Assembly (NCBI RefSeq): GCF_002854065.1
Contig: NZ_CP024147.1
Origin: Escherichia coli
Lineage (GTDB): Bacteria; Pseudomonadota; Gammaproteobacteria; Enterobacterales; Enterobacteriaceae
Length of the DNA: 64,000 nucleotides
Reading direction: 5' to 3' (one strand)
In this document: positions 1-8,525 of the stretch, one piece after another
Position numbering within the stretch: position 1 is the first letter of the stretch
Layout: each line of letters begins with the position of its first letter
Position numbers and translations under genes: made by a program
Notes under the pieces: model-generated
Database searches by the model: none
What the model saw: only the letters and a program-made list of their open reading frames with translations
Told to the model about the DNA's origin: nothing

Positions 1-232
1 TGAGGCCAACGCCCATAATGCGGGCAGTTGCCCGGCATCCAACGCCATTCATGGCCATATCAATGATTTTCTGGTGCGTACCGGGTTGAGAAGCGGTGTA
101 AGTGAACTGCAGTTGCCATGTTTTACGGCAGTGAGAGCAGAGATAGCGCTGATGTCCGGCGGTGCTTTTGCCGTTACGCACCACCCCGTCAGTAGCTGAA
201 CAGGAGGGACAGCTGATAGAAACAGAAGCCAC
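1..232 (-). CDS. insA: IS1 InsA, 5' portion (3' end beyond window edge)
   Basis: Position-mapped from the complete copies (insA starts at IS1 position 56). Confidence 0.7.
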   Translation of the reverse strand, partial: MASVSISCPSCSATDGVVRNGKSTAGHQRYLCSHCRKTWQLQFTYTASQPGTHQKIIDMAMNGVGCRATARIMGVGL

Positions 233-287
233 TGGAGCACCTCAAAAACACCATCATACACTAAATCAGTAAGTTGGCAGCATCACC
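1..287 (-). mobile_element. IS1, partial copy in inverted orientation (IRL end at 287; remainder outside window)
   Basis: Reverse complement of the first 287 bp of the complete IS1 copies at 3932 and 9506; terminal ...GCATCACC at 281-287; sequence variant matches the 9506 copy. Confidence 0.85.
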
Positions 288-327
288 CGTCAGATGAAAG
301 AATTAATCGGTAACGAAGGAGATATTC

Positions 328-498
328 ATGTCACTTGCAACCACAGTGAAGGAGAGCAAGTTACAGAGACGCATGTACACGCAGAAAGCTCTCTGGTATC
401 GCCATAATGGCGACCGCGAAGGAATGCGGGTATGCCTTAATTTGTCCCGAGTCGAAGTATTAAATCAGCGTTATTTCCTTGGGCCGTGTCCATTCTGA
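328..498 (+). CDS. Hypothetical small protein (56 aa), prophage
   Basis: ATG at 328 preceded by AAGGAGA RBS; ends TGA 496-498; below the 60-aa cutoff of the ORF track; no recognisable motif. Confidence 0.3.
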   Translation: MSLATTVKESKLQRRMYTQKALWYRHNGDREGMRVCLNLSRVEVLNQRYFLGPCPF

Positions 499-506
499 GG
501 TGAATT

Positions 507-1214
507 ATGGATTTGAATAAATTCGATGAGCCATTCAGCCCTGAAGATATCGAATGGCGAATACAGCAAAGCGGTAAAACACGCGATGGCAAGGTGTGGG
601 CTATGGTGCTGGCTTATGTAACGAACCGGGCAATCATGAAACGCCTGAACGATGTTTGCGGCAAAGCAGGATGGCGCAATGAATACCGCGATATTCCCAA
701 CAACGGCGGAGTTGAATGCGGCATATCAATCAGGATTGATTCCGAATGGGTAACCAAATGGGATGCTGCTGAAAACACGCAGGTAGAAGCCGTCAAAGGT
801 GGTCGTTCCGGCGCAATGAAGCGCGCTGCCGTTCAATGGGGAATCGGTCGGTATCTGTATAACCTTGAGGAAGGTTTCGCACAAACATCTCTCGATAAAA
901 AGCAGGGGTGGCACAGGGCAAAACTGAAGGATGGAACAGGATTTTACTGGCTCCCTCCATCGCTGCCGGGATGGGCAATACCAGCATCAGATAACAAACC
1001 ATCACCAGAAAATACCAACCAGAAATCTCCATCGGTTGACTGCGAACAAATCCTGAAAGACTTCAGCGATTATGCATCAACAGAAACTGACAAGAAAAAA
1101 CTCATCGAGCGTTATCAGCGTGACTGGCAATTAATGGCTGGCAACGAGGAGGCGCAGGCTAAATGCGTTCAGGTAATGAGCATCAGAGTTAACGAACTAA
1201 AACAGGCGGCATAA
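507..1214 (+). CDS. Phage single-strand annealing protein, Rad52/Sak-like
   Basis: 235 aa with KRAAVQWGIGRYLY-type motif recalled from Rad52/Sak annealases; immediately followed by ssb. Confidence 0.55.
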   Translation: MDLNKFDEPFSPEDIEWRIQQSGKTRDGKVWAMVLAYVTNRAIMKRLNDVCGKAGWRNEYRDIPNNGGVECGISIRIDSEWVTKWDAAENTQVEAVKGGRSGAMKRAAVQWGIGRYLYNLEEGFAQTSLDKKQGWHRAKLKDGTGFYWLPPSLPGWAIPASDNKPSPENTNQKSPSVDCEQILKDFSDYASTETDKKKLIERYQRDWQLMAGNEEAQAKCVQVMSIRVNELKQAA

Positions 1215-1721
1215 ATGGCAAGCAGAGGCGTAAATAAGGTGATTATCCTTGGTCGGGTAGGACAAGACCCGGAAGTTCGATACTCACCATCAGGAACAGC
1301 GTTCGCTAACCTGACAATAGCCACGTCAGAACAATGGCGAGATAAAAATACTGGCGAGCAAAAGGAATTGACTGAATGGCATCGTGTTGCTGTATCCGGG
1401 AAACTGGCTGAGGTCGTGGGGCAGTATGTGAAAAAAGGTGATCAGATTTATTTCGAGGGAATGCTGAGAACCAGAAAGTGGAAAGACCAGTCAGGGCAAG
1501 ACCGTTACACAACCGAGGTTCATGTCGGAATTAATGGCGTGATGCAAATGCTTGGCGGCATTGGCGACAGCAAACAACAAGCAGCCAGCAGGCAATCACA
1601 GAAGCCACAGCAGCAATCATCACCAGCACAACACAACGAACCTCCGATGGATTTTGACGACGATATACCCTTTGCACCAGTAACTCTCCCCTTCCCTCGT
1701 CACGCTATTCACGCAATTTAA
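1215..1721 (+). CDS. ssb: Single-stranded DNA-binding protein, prophage-encoded, with 15-aa extension past the DDDIPF tail
   Basis: [23 protein letters not shown]... OB-fold N-terminus near-identical to enterobacterial SSB; acidic DFDDDIPF motif present but followed by [15 protein letters not shown]. Confidence 0.9.
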   Translation: MASRGVNKVIILGRVGQDPEVRYSPSGTAFANLTIATSEQWRDKNTGEQKELTEWHRVAVSGKLAEVVGQYVKKGDQIYFEGMLRTRKWKDQSGQDRYTTEVHVGINGVMQMLGGIGDSKQQAASRQSQKPQQQSSPAQHNEPPMDFDDDIPFAPVTLPFPRHAIHAI

Positions 1722-1734
1722 TCAGGAGAAAATC

Positions 1735-2031
1735 ATGCCAGCGCCTCTGTATGGTGCGGATGACGCGCGCCGCTGTTCCGGCAATTCCGTATCGGAGGTG
1801 CTGGATAAATTCAGGAAAAACTACAACCGGATAATGTCGCTACCGCAGGAAACGAAAGAGGAAAAGGAATTTCGCCACTGTATATGGCTTGCAGAGAAAG
1901 AAGAACGCGAGCGAATTTACCAGACATCAATCCGACCATTCCGCAAAGCCACATATACCCACTTCCCTGAATATATCGACCCGCGCCTGCGTAATTACCG
2001 CTCACGCTATGGCGCTATCAGTAATGACTGA
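1735..2031 (+). CDS. Hypothetical phage protein (98 aa)
   Basis: ORF following ssb with AGGAGA RBS; no recognisable motif. Confidence 0.45.
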   Translation: MPAPLYGADDARRCSGNSVSEVLDKFRKNYNRIMSLPQETKEEKEFRHCIWLAEKEERERIYQTSIRPFRKATYTHFPEYIDPRLRNYRSRYGAISND

Positions 2032-2041
2032 GGAATTTACC

Positions 2042-2206
2042 ATGAGAGGACTTGCATACAATCCCGGAATTCTTCCGGCAGAAATGATTATTCGCCAACG
2101 CGTAAAGCCAATGCCATCGAGAGAGGAATTGCTTAAGAGAAAGAGTTTCGGTTCTGTTAATGACAACAAATATCTGAATGCGATGTGGCTGAGTGGGAAG
2201 AAATGA
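2042..2206 (+). CDS. Hypothetical small phage protein (54 aa)
   Basis: ATG at 2042 with GAGGA RBS; stop overlaps next start as ATGA (2203-2206). Confidence 0.3.
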   Translation: MRGLAYNPGILPAEMIIRQRVKPMPSREELLKRKSFGSVNDNKYLNAMWLSGKK

Positions 2207-2685
2207 AACAAATGACACTAATTGAGATGGATGGATTTCTGAAAGGTAAATGCATCCCATGTGATTTAAAGGTTAACGAAACAAACGCTGAATATCTTGT
2301 GCGTAAGTTCGGTGAACTTGAATCAAAACTAGAAACGGCGTTGCGGGAGTGTAGTTCTGCTGGAATCACGATTGATAACCTTGAGGCCAAGTGCGCGAAG
2401 ATGGCTGCTGAAAATACCTCGCTTAAGCAATCTGAGAAGGAATTTAATGACTTTTGTCGTGAGGAGTTTAGCGAATGGGAAGATGATGTTACTGAAACCC
2501 CAGCCACCGATGCTTTCCTGGCTGAAGTACGGGCGCAGGGGGTAGAGATGTACGCAGATAACCTCGACAACGGAGCAGACGACGCAGAACGAGGTGGTTT
2601 TGATTATGCCGCTAAGTTTCTACGCGGTGAGGCGTCTAGTGTACGCTTGTTCGCCGACCAGCTTCGCAAAGGAGGCAACCAGTGA
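2203..2685 (+). CDS. Hypothetical phage protein, possibly Ead/Ea22-like
   Basis: ATGA start/stop overlap with upstream ORF; acidic protein in a run of coupled small phage genes. Confidence 0.45.
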   Translation: MKQMTLIEMDGFLKGKCIPCDLKVNETNAEYLVRKFGELESKLETALRECSSAGITIDNLEAKCAKMAAENTSLKQSEKEFNDFCREEFSEWEDDVTETPATDAFLAEVRAQGVEMYADNLDNGADDAERGGFDYAAKFLRGEASSVRLFADQLRKGGNQ

Positions 2686-3161
2686 GCAAGATTAACTATC
2701 AGGCACTGCGTGAGGCGGCGGAACGTGCAATTCCAGCAATGGAACGCCTGTTAATGTTGCCAGTTGATGATGATTTGTTAAGTGAACAGGAACTTAAAGA
2801 TTACGGTGTGGATATTGATGCGCTCAACGCCTTCAAATTTCTGACCGGACCAGAAACCGTGCTGGCGCTGCTGGATGAGCTGGAAAGAAAACAGCAATAC
2901 ATCAAATCCCGAGACCAGGAGAACGAGGATATTGCGCTAACGGTAGGGAAGCTGCGCGTTGAGCTGGAAGCCGCAGAGAAGCGCATTGCTGAGCTGGAGT
3001 TGCGGGAGGTTGTGCTTCCGCAATGCTATAGCATGTTGCATCGCGTCGATTTTGACGAGCCTTACCACACTGAAATGGTTTACAGGCAGCATCAGGTTCT
3101 TGAGGCACTGCACAACGCTGGAATAAACGTCACCGAAGCAGGTAAAGGAGAGGCATCATGA
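2682..3161 (+). CDS. Ead/Ea22-like phage protein
   Basis: GTG start with AAAGGAGG RBS overlapping previous stop; N-terminal ...YQALREAAERA... resembles Ea22-like proteins as recalled. Confidence 0.45.
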   Translation: MSKINYQALREAAERAIPAMERLLMLPVDDDLLSEQELKDYGVDIDALNAFKFLTGPETVLALLDELERKQQYIKSRDQENEDIALTVGKLRVELEAAEKRIAELELREVVLPQCYSMLHRVDFDEPYHTEMVYRQHQVLEALHNAGINVTEAGKGEAS

Positions 3162-3670
3162 GCACTATCACAAGAGAATGGCTGCAGCAGGCTATCAACG
3201 ATTATGAAAGCGTTCGTGATGAGCTTCCTTTCGGGCTTGATGATTACCAGGGGAATATCCTGGCTGCCCTGCGTATCGCACTGGCATCGCTGGAAGCAGA
3301 GCCGGTGGCGTGGAAGGTAACATTCACGCAAATTGACCGTGAATATAACACGTTCACTGGTATGTATTCTGACAAAGCAGAAGTCGAACGGTGGGTGCGG
3401 CTGCATAAAGCATGTAATTTTCGGGCAGATATAACACCGCTTTATACCGCCAAGCCAGTGCCGGTAACTCCGGATGGTTGGATAAGCTGTAGTGAGCGAA
3501 TGCCAGAGGACGGTCAGCACGTAATTATTTTATGTGATGGCGCATTCGTTCTTTATGCGCAATATCGAGACGGAGAGTTTTTCGATATTGTCCGCAATGG
3601 TGATGAATTTTTCGAAACACAGAGTCGCAATGTAACCGACTGGATGCAACTACCAGAACCTCCCCTTTGA
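3158..3670 (+). CDS. DUF551-domain phage protein
   Basis: C-terminal W-x-SCSERMPEDG ... TDWMQLPEPP motif typical of DUF551. Confidence 0.55.
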   Translation: MSTITREWLQQAINDYESVRDELPFGLDDYQGNILAALRIALASLEAEPVAWKVTFTQIDREYNTFTGMYSDKAEVERWVRLHKACNFRADITPLYTAKPVPVTPDGWISCSERMPEDGQHVIILCDGAFVLYAQYRDGEFFDIVRNGDEFFETQSRNVTDWMQLPEPPL

Positions 3671-3766
3671 TAGCTAAGCTTATACATATCTTTTACATCA
3701 GCAATCTATTGTTAATCTCCAATCAATGTTACGTTGTCATCTCTCTCATGCTTTGGAGGTAGTGAT

Positions 3767-3958
3767 ATGTCTTGTCCAAAATGCGGTTCTGGAAATATTG
3801 CAAAAGAAAAAACAATGCGTGGATGGTCTGATGATTATGTGTGCTGCGATTGCGGATACAACGACTCTAAAGACGCATTTGGAGAGCGTGGTAAAAACGA
3901 GTTTGTCAAAATTAATAAAGAACGCGAAGGCGGTGATGCTGCCAACTTACTGATTTAG
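3767..3958 (+). CDS. Small zinc-ribbon protein (CxxC...CxxC); native last 4 codons displaced by IS1
   Basis: GGAGG RBS, MSCPKCGSGN...CCDCG; reading frame runs into IS1 at 3932; native C-terminus ...EREG-NEKS* reconstructable across the insertion. Confidence 0.5.
   Translation: MSCPKCGSGNIAKEKTMRGWSDDYVCCDCGYNDSKDAFGERGKNEFVKINKEREGGDAANLLI
3923..3931. repeat. 9-bp target site duplication (CGCGAAGGC), left copy
   Basis: Identical 9-mer directly abuts both ends of the IS1 at 3932-4699. Confidence 0.9.
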
Positions 3959-3986
3959 TGTATGATGGTGTTTTTGAGGTGCTCCA

Positions 3987-4262
3987 GTGGCTTCTGTTTC
4001 TATCAGCTGTCCCTCCTGTTCAGCTACTGACGGGGTGGTGCGTAACGGCAAAAGCACTGCCGGACATCAGCGCTATCTCTGCTCTCACTGCCGTAAAACA
4101 TGGCAACTGCAGTTCACTTACACCGCTTCTCAACCCGGTACGCACCAGAAAATCATTGATATGGCCATGAATGGCGTTGGATGCCGGGCAACCGCCCGCA
4201 TTATGGGCGTTGGCCTCAACACGATTTTCCGCCATTTAAAAAACTCAGGCCGCAGTCGGTAA
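3987..4262 (+). CDS. insA: IS1 InsA
   Basis: 91 aa [18 protein letters not shown]... Confidence 0.9.
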   Translation: MASVSISCPSCSATDGVVRNGKSTAGHQRYLCSHCRKTWQLQFTYTASQPGTHQKIIDMAMNGVGCRATARIMGVGLNTIFRHLKNSGRSR

Positions 4263-4684
4263 CCTCGCGCATACAGCCGGGCAGTGACGTCATCGTCTGC
4301 GCGGAAATGGACGAACAGTGGGGATACGTCGGGGCTAAATCGCGCCAGCGCTGGCTGTTTTACGCGTATGACAGGCTCCGGAAGACGGTTGTTGCGCACG
4401 TATTCGGTGAACGCACTATGGCGACGCTGGGGCGTCTTATGAGCCTGCTGTCACCCTTTGACGTGGTGATATGGATGACGGATGGCTGGCCGCTGTATGA
4501 ATCCCGCCTGAAGGGAAAGCTGCACGTAATCAGCAAGCGATATACGCAGCGAATTGAGCGGCATAACCTGAATCTGAGGCAGCACTTGGCACGGCTGGGA
4601 CGGAAGTCGCTGTCGTTCTCAAAATCGGTGGAGCTGCATGACAAAGTCATCGGGCATTATCTGAACATAAAACACTATCAATAA
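4181..4684 (+). CDS. insB: IS1 InsB frame (made as InsAB' by -1 frameshift)
   Basis: 167-aa ORF overlapping insA in -1 frame; A6C slippery motif intact. Confidence 0.85.
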   Translation: MPGNRPHYGRWPQHDFPPFKKLRPQSVTSRIQPGSDVIVCAEMDEQWGYVGAKSRQRWLFYAYDRLRKTVVAHVFGERTMATLGRLMSLLSPFDVVIWMTDGWPLYESRLKGKLHVISKRYTQRIERHNLNLRQHLARLGRKSLSFSKSVELHDKVIGHYLNIKHYQ

Positions 4685-4699
4685 GTTGGAGTCATTACC

Positions 4700-4708
4700 C
4701 GCGAAGGC
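4700..4708. repeat. 9-bp target site duplication (CGCGAAGGC), right copy
   Basis: Matches 3923-3931. Confidence 0.9.
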
Positions 4709-4786
4709 AACGAAAAAAGCTAATTTATTTATTCATATATGAAAACAATGTAATAAATATTCGAATTGAAGAATTGAAAGAACACC

Positions 4787-4810
4787 AAGCCGCCTGATGG
4801 CGGTTTTTTA
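4787..4810 (+). terminator. Rho-independent terminator-like hairpin
   Basis: GCCGCC-TGAT-GGCGGT stem-loop followed by TTTTTT. Confidence 0.5.
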
Positions 4811-4823
4811 TTGGAGACAAGAA

Positions 4824-5168
4824 ATGTCAGATTTGGCTATGAAGGTTTTGAAATGGCAATCGACTGGCGATGTCGGCATCAGTAGCGCAACTCTTGCCTC
4901 AATCGCATGTGGCCTGAAAAAGAATATCTATGGTCATCACTTCGGCGCTCCCCATGACGCAGCAGACTTTCGGCGATGCGTTGCACTTGTTGAGCAGATT
5001 CCAGAAATCAGAGATTCATTCGACAAGGTTGCAAAGCGCGTTCCGGCATTCAAAGGAATCCTCAACGAATGGGATTCACTCGTTGCTCTGTTGAAGTCTG
5101 AAATGAAGACGTACGGGAACAAAGCACCAGAGACTTACAGAAGAATCAGCGAGCTACGCAAGGACTAA
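4824..5168 (+). CDS. Hypothetical protein (114 aa), prophage cargo
   Basis: ATG at 4824 with GGAGA RBS directly after the terminator; no recognisable motif. Confidence 0.45.
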   Translation: MSDLAMKVLKWQSTGDVGISSATLASIACGLKKNIYGHHFGAPHDAADFRRCVALVEQIPEIRDSFDKVAKRVPAFKGILNEWDSLVALLKSEMKTYGNKAPETYRRISELRKD

Positions 5169-5245
5169 CGCCTCACACTCGATGAGGCCTGTACATATCT
5201 GATAGATCCGCTATATGGCGGTTTATTTTTGCCTGGAGAATTAAG

Positions 5246-5437
5246 ATGACCGATACCAGCCTGATTCCTGAGAAAGAAGTGATGAACAAGCTCGGTGTTT
5301 CATCACGTCAGACAATCTGGAACTATACCAAACGGCACGGATTTCCGAAGCCAGTCAGAACCCACCCCAAATCATACCTTCGTGAAGCTGTTGAAGGGTG
5401 GATTCTTAACGGTGGCGTTAATCAGAAATGCTCCTGA
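5246..5437 (+). CDS. alpA: AlpA-family phage transcriptional regulator / excisionase-like
   Basis: 63-aa HTH protein resembling AlpA (MTDTSLIPEKEVMNKLGVSSRQTIWNYTKRHGFPKP...); adjacent to integrase. Confidence 0.7.
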   Translation: MTDTSLIPEKEVMNKLGVSSRQTIWNYTKRHGFPKPVRTHPKSYLREAVEGWILNGGVNQKCS

Positions 5438-6596
5438 TGTGCCAGAACAATTTATCAGCGTGAAGCTCATACGCTTTGCGCTGAGCCTCTATCCAGTCGT
5501 GTTTATTGTATACGGACATTATCCCGCCAAGTTCATGACCGAGCATTCGCTCAGTAACATGAGGCTCGACATTCATCTCGGACAGACGTGTAACAAGCGT
5601 TCTTCTGAAATCGTGTGTTCGCCAGTAACCTAGATCCATCCCTCCCCTTATTCTATTTACGAATCGGTTGGCTGCAGCGATGCTGATCGGTTTGTTTATG
5701 TCTTCTCCAGGGAAAAGAACATCATTGTACGTTGTCATGGCCTTTTCGAGGAAAGGCTTAATTTGTTCGAAGATTGGACGGCGGATAACATTACCCATCT
5801 TGCTATGCTCTTTCGGTACGGTCCATACGTTTTCCAGCAGGTCAAATTCTGTCTTTTTTGCCAGCCTAAGCTCTGAGAGCCTCGCCCCCCACAGCATAAG
5901 CATCTGATGAAGTAGCTTATTTGACGTAGACGCACGGCTTCTTTCAATAGCAAGCCAAATCTTAGCCAGTTCGTGATACGACAGTACCCGATCCCCTACC
6001 TCAGCGCGGGAGCCGAAGTCCCTTGGTTGGATGCTCATAATTGCGCAACTATCTATCAACTGACGCCGCATGCACCAACTTATTGCTGATCTTAGTTGAC
6101 TTAGCACCTGCCTTGCTCGGCGTGGATTATCTCTTTCTTCTTCGGTAAGCAGGTCAACCCATTGCTTAACCGTGATAGAAGATGCCGGACGATTAGGAAA
6201 GGCGTCATGCATGCGCTTCATAACCGTTGATCGGTAAAGTGCCTGGGTCTTTTCTCTGAGAGTTGTAGAGACGTAGTTGTCGAACCAGTAGTCGAGACAC
6301 TGGGCGACCGTCATGGAGTTCTCCACCTTCTCTTCAAAATAAGTGCGTGGATCCGTTCCTGAGAAATAGAGCTTTCGCAAGTCAGCAGTGATCTGTCTGG
6401 CATCCTTCAAAGACAGGGATGGGTATCGACCAAGCCCAAGTCGATTAGGCTTGCCATGCCAGCGATAGCGGTACTGGAACTGGATGACCCCCTTCGGTGA
6501 AATTCGTACGCTGAGGCCATCGGCATCAGCCACTTCTTGTGGGCCCGAATATGGTTTACCATAAATACTACGCAGTTTTGTGTCGCTTATAGCCAT
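5418..6596 (-). CDS. int: Tyrosine-type site-specific integrase (P4/CP4-57-like)
   Basis: 392 aa; C-terminal catalytic region with R...HDFRRT...LGH...Y motifs. Confidence 0.9.
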   Translation of the reverse strand: MAISDTKLRSIYGKPYSGPQEVADADGLSVRISPKGVIQFQYRYRWHGKPNRLGLGRYPSLSLKDARQITADLRKLYFSGTDPRTYFEEKVENSMTVAQCLDYWFDNYVSTTLREKTQALYRSTVMKRMHDAFPNRPASSITVKQWVDLLTEEERDNPRRARQVLSQLRSAISWCMRRQLIDSCAIMSIQPRDFGSRAEVGDRVLSYHELAKIWLAIERSRASTSNKLLHQMLMLWGARLSELRLAKKTEFDLLENVWTVPKEHSKMGNVIRRPIFEQIKPFLEKAMTTYNDVLFPGEDINKPISIAAANRFVNRIRGGMDLGYWRTHDFRRTLVTRLSEMNVEPHVTERMLGHELGGIMSVYNKHDWIEAQRKAYELHADKLFWHIRSISD

Positions 6597-6777
6597 AAAT
6601 AATATTTGGTACGCTCAGAAATAATGGTTTGGTACACATCTGGTACACAATATCACATGGACAACAGCGCACAGTAAACAACTATATTTGACGTTCGTAG
6701 ACATACTCAGGTGAAAAAATGGTTGTTTTTCGAGTTATAACAGACAGTTAATTAACTACAGTGGACAATGCTAGACA

Positions 6778-8202
6778 ATGACAGACGCAGATAAACAACC
6801 TACCTTCCTCTTTCACGATTACGAAACCTTTGGCACGCACCCCGCGTTAGATCGCCCTGCACAGTTCGCAGCCATTCGCACCGATAGCGAATTCAATGTC
6901 ATCGGAGAACCCGAAGTCTTTTACTGCAAGCCCGCTGATGACTATTTACCCCAGCCAGGAGCAGTATTAATTACCGGTATTACCCCGCAGGAAGCACGGG
7001 CGAAAGGAGAAAACGAAGCCGCGTTTGCCGCCCGTATTCACTTGCTTTTTACCGTACCGAAGACCTGTATTCTGGGCTACAACAATGTGCGTTTCGACGA
7101 CGAAGTCACACGCAACATTTTTTATCGTAATTTCTACGATCCTTACGCCTGGAGCTGGCAAAACCGCAATTCGCGCTGGGATCTGCTTGACGTGATGCGC
7201 GCCTGCTATGCCCTGCGCCCGGACGGCATCAACTGGCCGGAAAACGACGACGGTCTGCCGAGCTTCCGCCTGGAACATCTCACCAAGGCCAACGGTATTG
7301 AACACAGTAACGCCCATGATGCGATGGCCGACGTTTACGCGACCATCGCCATGGCGAAGCTGGTGAAGGCCCAACAGCCAAAGCTGTTTGATTATCTGTA
7401 TGCCTACCGGGGCAAAAACAAGCTGATGACGCTGATTGACGTCCCGCAGATGAAGCCACTGGTGCATGTCTCGGGAATGTTTGGCGCCTGGCGCGGAAAC
7501 ACCAGCTGGATTGCGCCGCTGGCCTGGCATCCGGATAACCGTAATGCGGTGATCATGGTCGACCTGGCGGGCGACATCGCCCCGCTGCTCGAGCTGGATG
7601 CCGATACGCTGCGCGAGCGCCTGTATACGCCGAAGGCCGAGCTCGGCGACAGTTCGCCGGTGCCGATTAAGCTGGTGCATCTGAATAAGTGCCCGGTGCT
7701 GGCGCAGGCCAATACCCTGCGCCCAGAAGACGCTGACCGTTTAGGCATTAACCGACAGCACTGCCTGGATAACCTGAAACTGCTGCGCGATAACCCGCAG
7801 GTGCGCGAGAAGGTGGTGGCGATTTTTGCTGAAGCCGAGCCGTTTGTCGCATCGGACAACGTCGACGCCCAGCTTTATAACGGTTTCTTTAGCGACGCCG
7901 ACCGCGCGGCGATGAAAATCGTGCTGGAGACCGAGCCGCGCAATCTGCCGGCGCTGGACATTACCTTCGCCGACCCGCGTATTGAGAAGCTGCTGTTTAA
8001 CTTCCGCGCGCGCAACTTCCCCGGCACGCTGGATGAAAACGAGCAACAGCGCTGGCTGGAACACCGTCGGCAGATCTTCACCCCGGAATTTTTACAGGCC
8101 TACGCCCAGCAACTGGAGATGTTGTACGGTCAGTATGAGGGGAATAACGAGAAGCTATCGCTGCTGAAGGCGCTGTATCAGTACGTGCAGGAGATTGTTT
8201 AA
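6778..8202 (+). CDS. sbcB: Exodeoxyribonuclease I
   Basis: 474 aa, near-colinear with E. coli SbcB (FLFHDYETFGTHPALDRPAQFAAIRTD...). Confidence 0.95.
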   Translation: MTDADKQPTFLFHDYETFGTHPALDRPAQFAAIRTDSEFNVIGEPEVFYCKPADDYLPQPGAVLITGITPQEARAKGENEAAFAARIHLLFTVPKTCILGYNNVRFDDEVTRNIFYRNFYDPYAWSWQNRNSRWDLLDVMRACYALRPDGINWPENDDGLPSFRLEHLTKANGIEHSNAHDAMADVYATIAMAKLVKAQQPKLFDYLYAYRGKNKLMTLIDVPQMKPLVHVSGMFGAWRGNTSWIAPLAWHPDNRNAVIMVDLAGDIAPLLELDADTLRERLYTPKAELGDSSPVPIKLVHLNKCPVLAQANTLRPEDADRLGINRQHCLDNLKLLRDNPQVREKVVAIFAEAEPFVASDNVDAQLYNGFFSDADRAAMKIVLETEPRNLPALDITFADPRIEKLLFNFRARNFPGTLDENEQQRWLEHRRQIFTPEFLQAYAQQLEMLYGQYEGNNEKLSLLKALYQYVQEIV

Positions 8203-8211
8203 TTCAACGCA

Positions 8212-8240
8212 GCGACGCCGGAAAATCTTCCCGGCGTCGC
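8212..8240. terminator. GC-rich hairpin between convergent sbcB and yeeD (putative bidirectional terminator)
   Basis: GCGACGCCGG-AAAATCTTC-CCGGCGTCGC perfect 10-bp stem; weak flanking U-tracts. Confidence 0.4.
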
Positions 8241-8255
8241 TTGATGCCTGGGGCA

Positions 8256-8480
8256 TTATTTCTGTACGGTGATGGTCCACGCCGCATCGCCAGACTGCTG
8301 ATAGTCCGTGACCGTAAAGCCCTCTTCCGCCGCCCACTGCGGGATGGCTTCCGTCGCCTGAGTACAGTCGAACTCAATCACCAGCTGGTCGCCGCTGGCC
8401 AGTTCCGCCATCGCCGCCTTCGCTTCAATTAACGGGAACGGGCAAACCTGCGTGACTACGTCCAGTTTCTTCACAACCAT
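8256..8480 (-). CDS. yeeD: TusA-like sulfur carrier protein YeeD
   Basis: 74 aa with CPFP motif; conserved position downstream of yeeE. Confidence 0.85.
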   Translation of the reverse strand: MVVKKLDVVTQVCPFPLIEAKAAMAELASGDQLVIEFDCTQATEAIPQWAAEEGFTVTDYQQSGDAAWTITVQK

Positions 8481-8525
8481 TTTTTCTACTCCTTAAGCCG
8501 TTGCGGTTTTCAGTTTTGCTTTCCG

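Larger units (their letters stand above)
3932..4699 (+). mobile_element. IS1, complete 768-bp copy
   Basis: Terminal inverted repeats GGTGATGCTGCCAACTTACTGAT... / ...GGTAATGACTCCAACTTATTGAT; insA and insB with TTTAAAAAAC frameshift motif. Confidence 0.95.

Noticed and set aside
3726-3953. 75-aa ORF MLRCHLSHALEVVICLVQ...
   Set aside because: Alternative frame of the zinc-ribbon gene, which has the RBS and the cysteine motif.
3958-4170. 70-aa [13 protein letters not shown]... present in every IS1 copy (also 49-261 and 9532-9744)
   Set aside because: Alternative frame overlapping insA; not a known IS1 product.
5295-5633. 112-aa plus-strand ORF overlapping alpA and the integrase 3' end
   Set aside because: Antisense to the integrase, different frame from alpA, no RBS.
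6597-6777. Possible tRNA or tmRNA attachment site next to the integrase
   Set aside because: No cloverleaf-compatible sequence, no acceptor stem/CCA and no T-loop GTTC-type motif found in the spacer.
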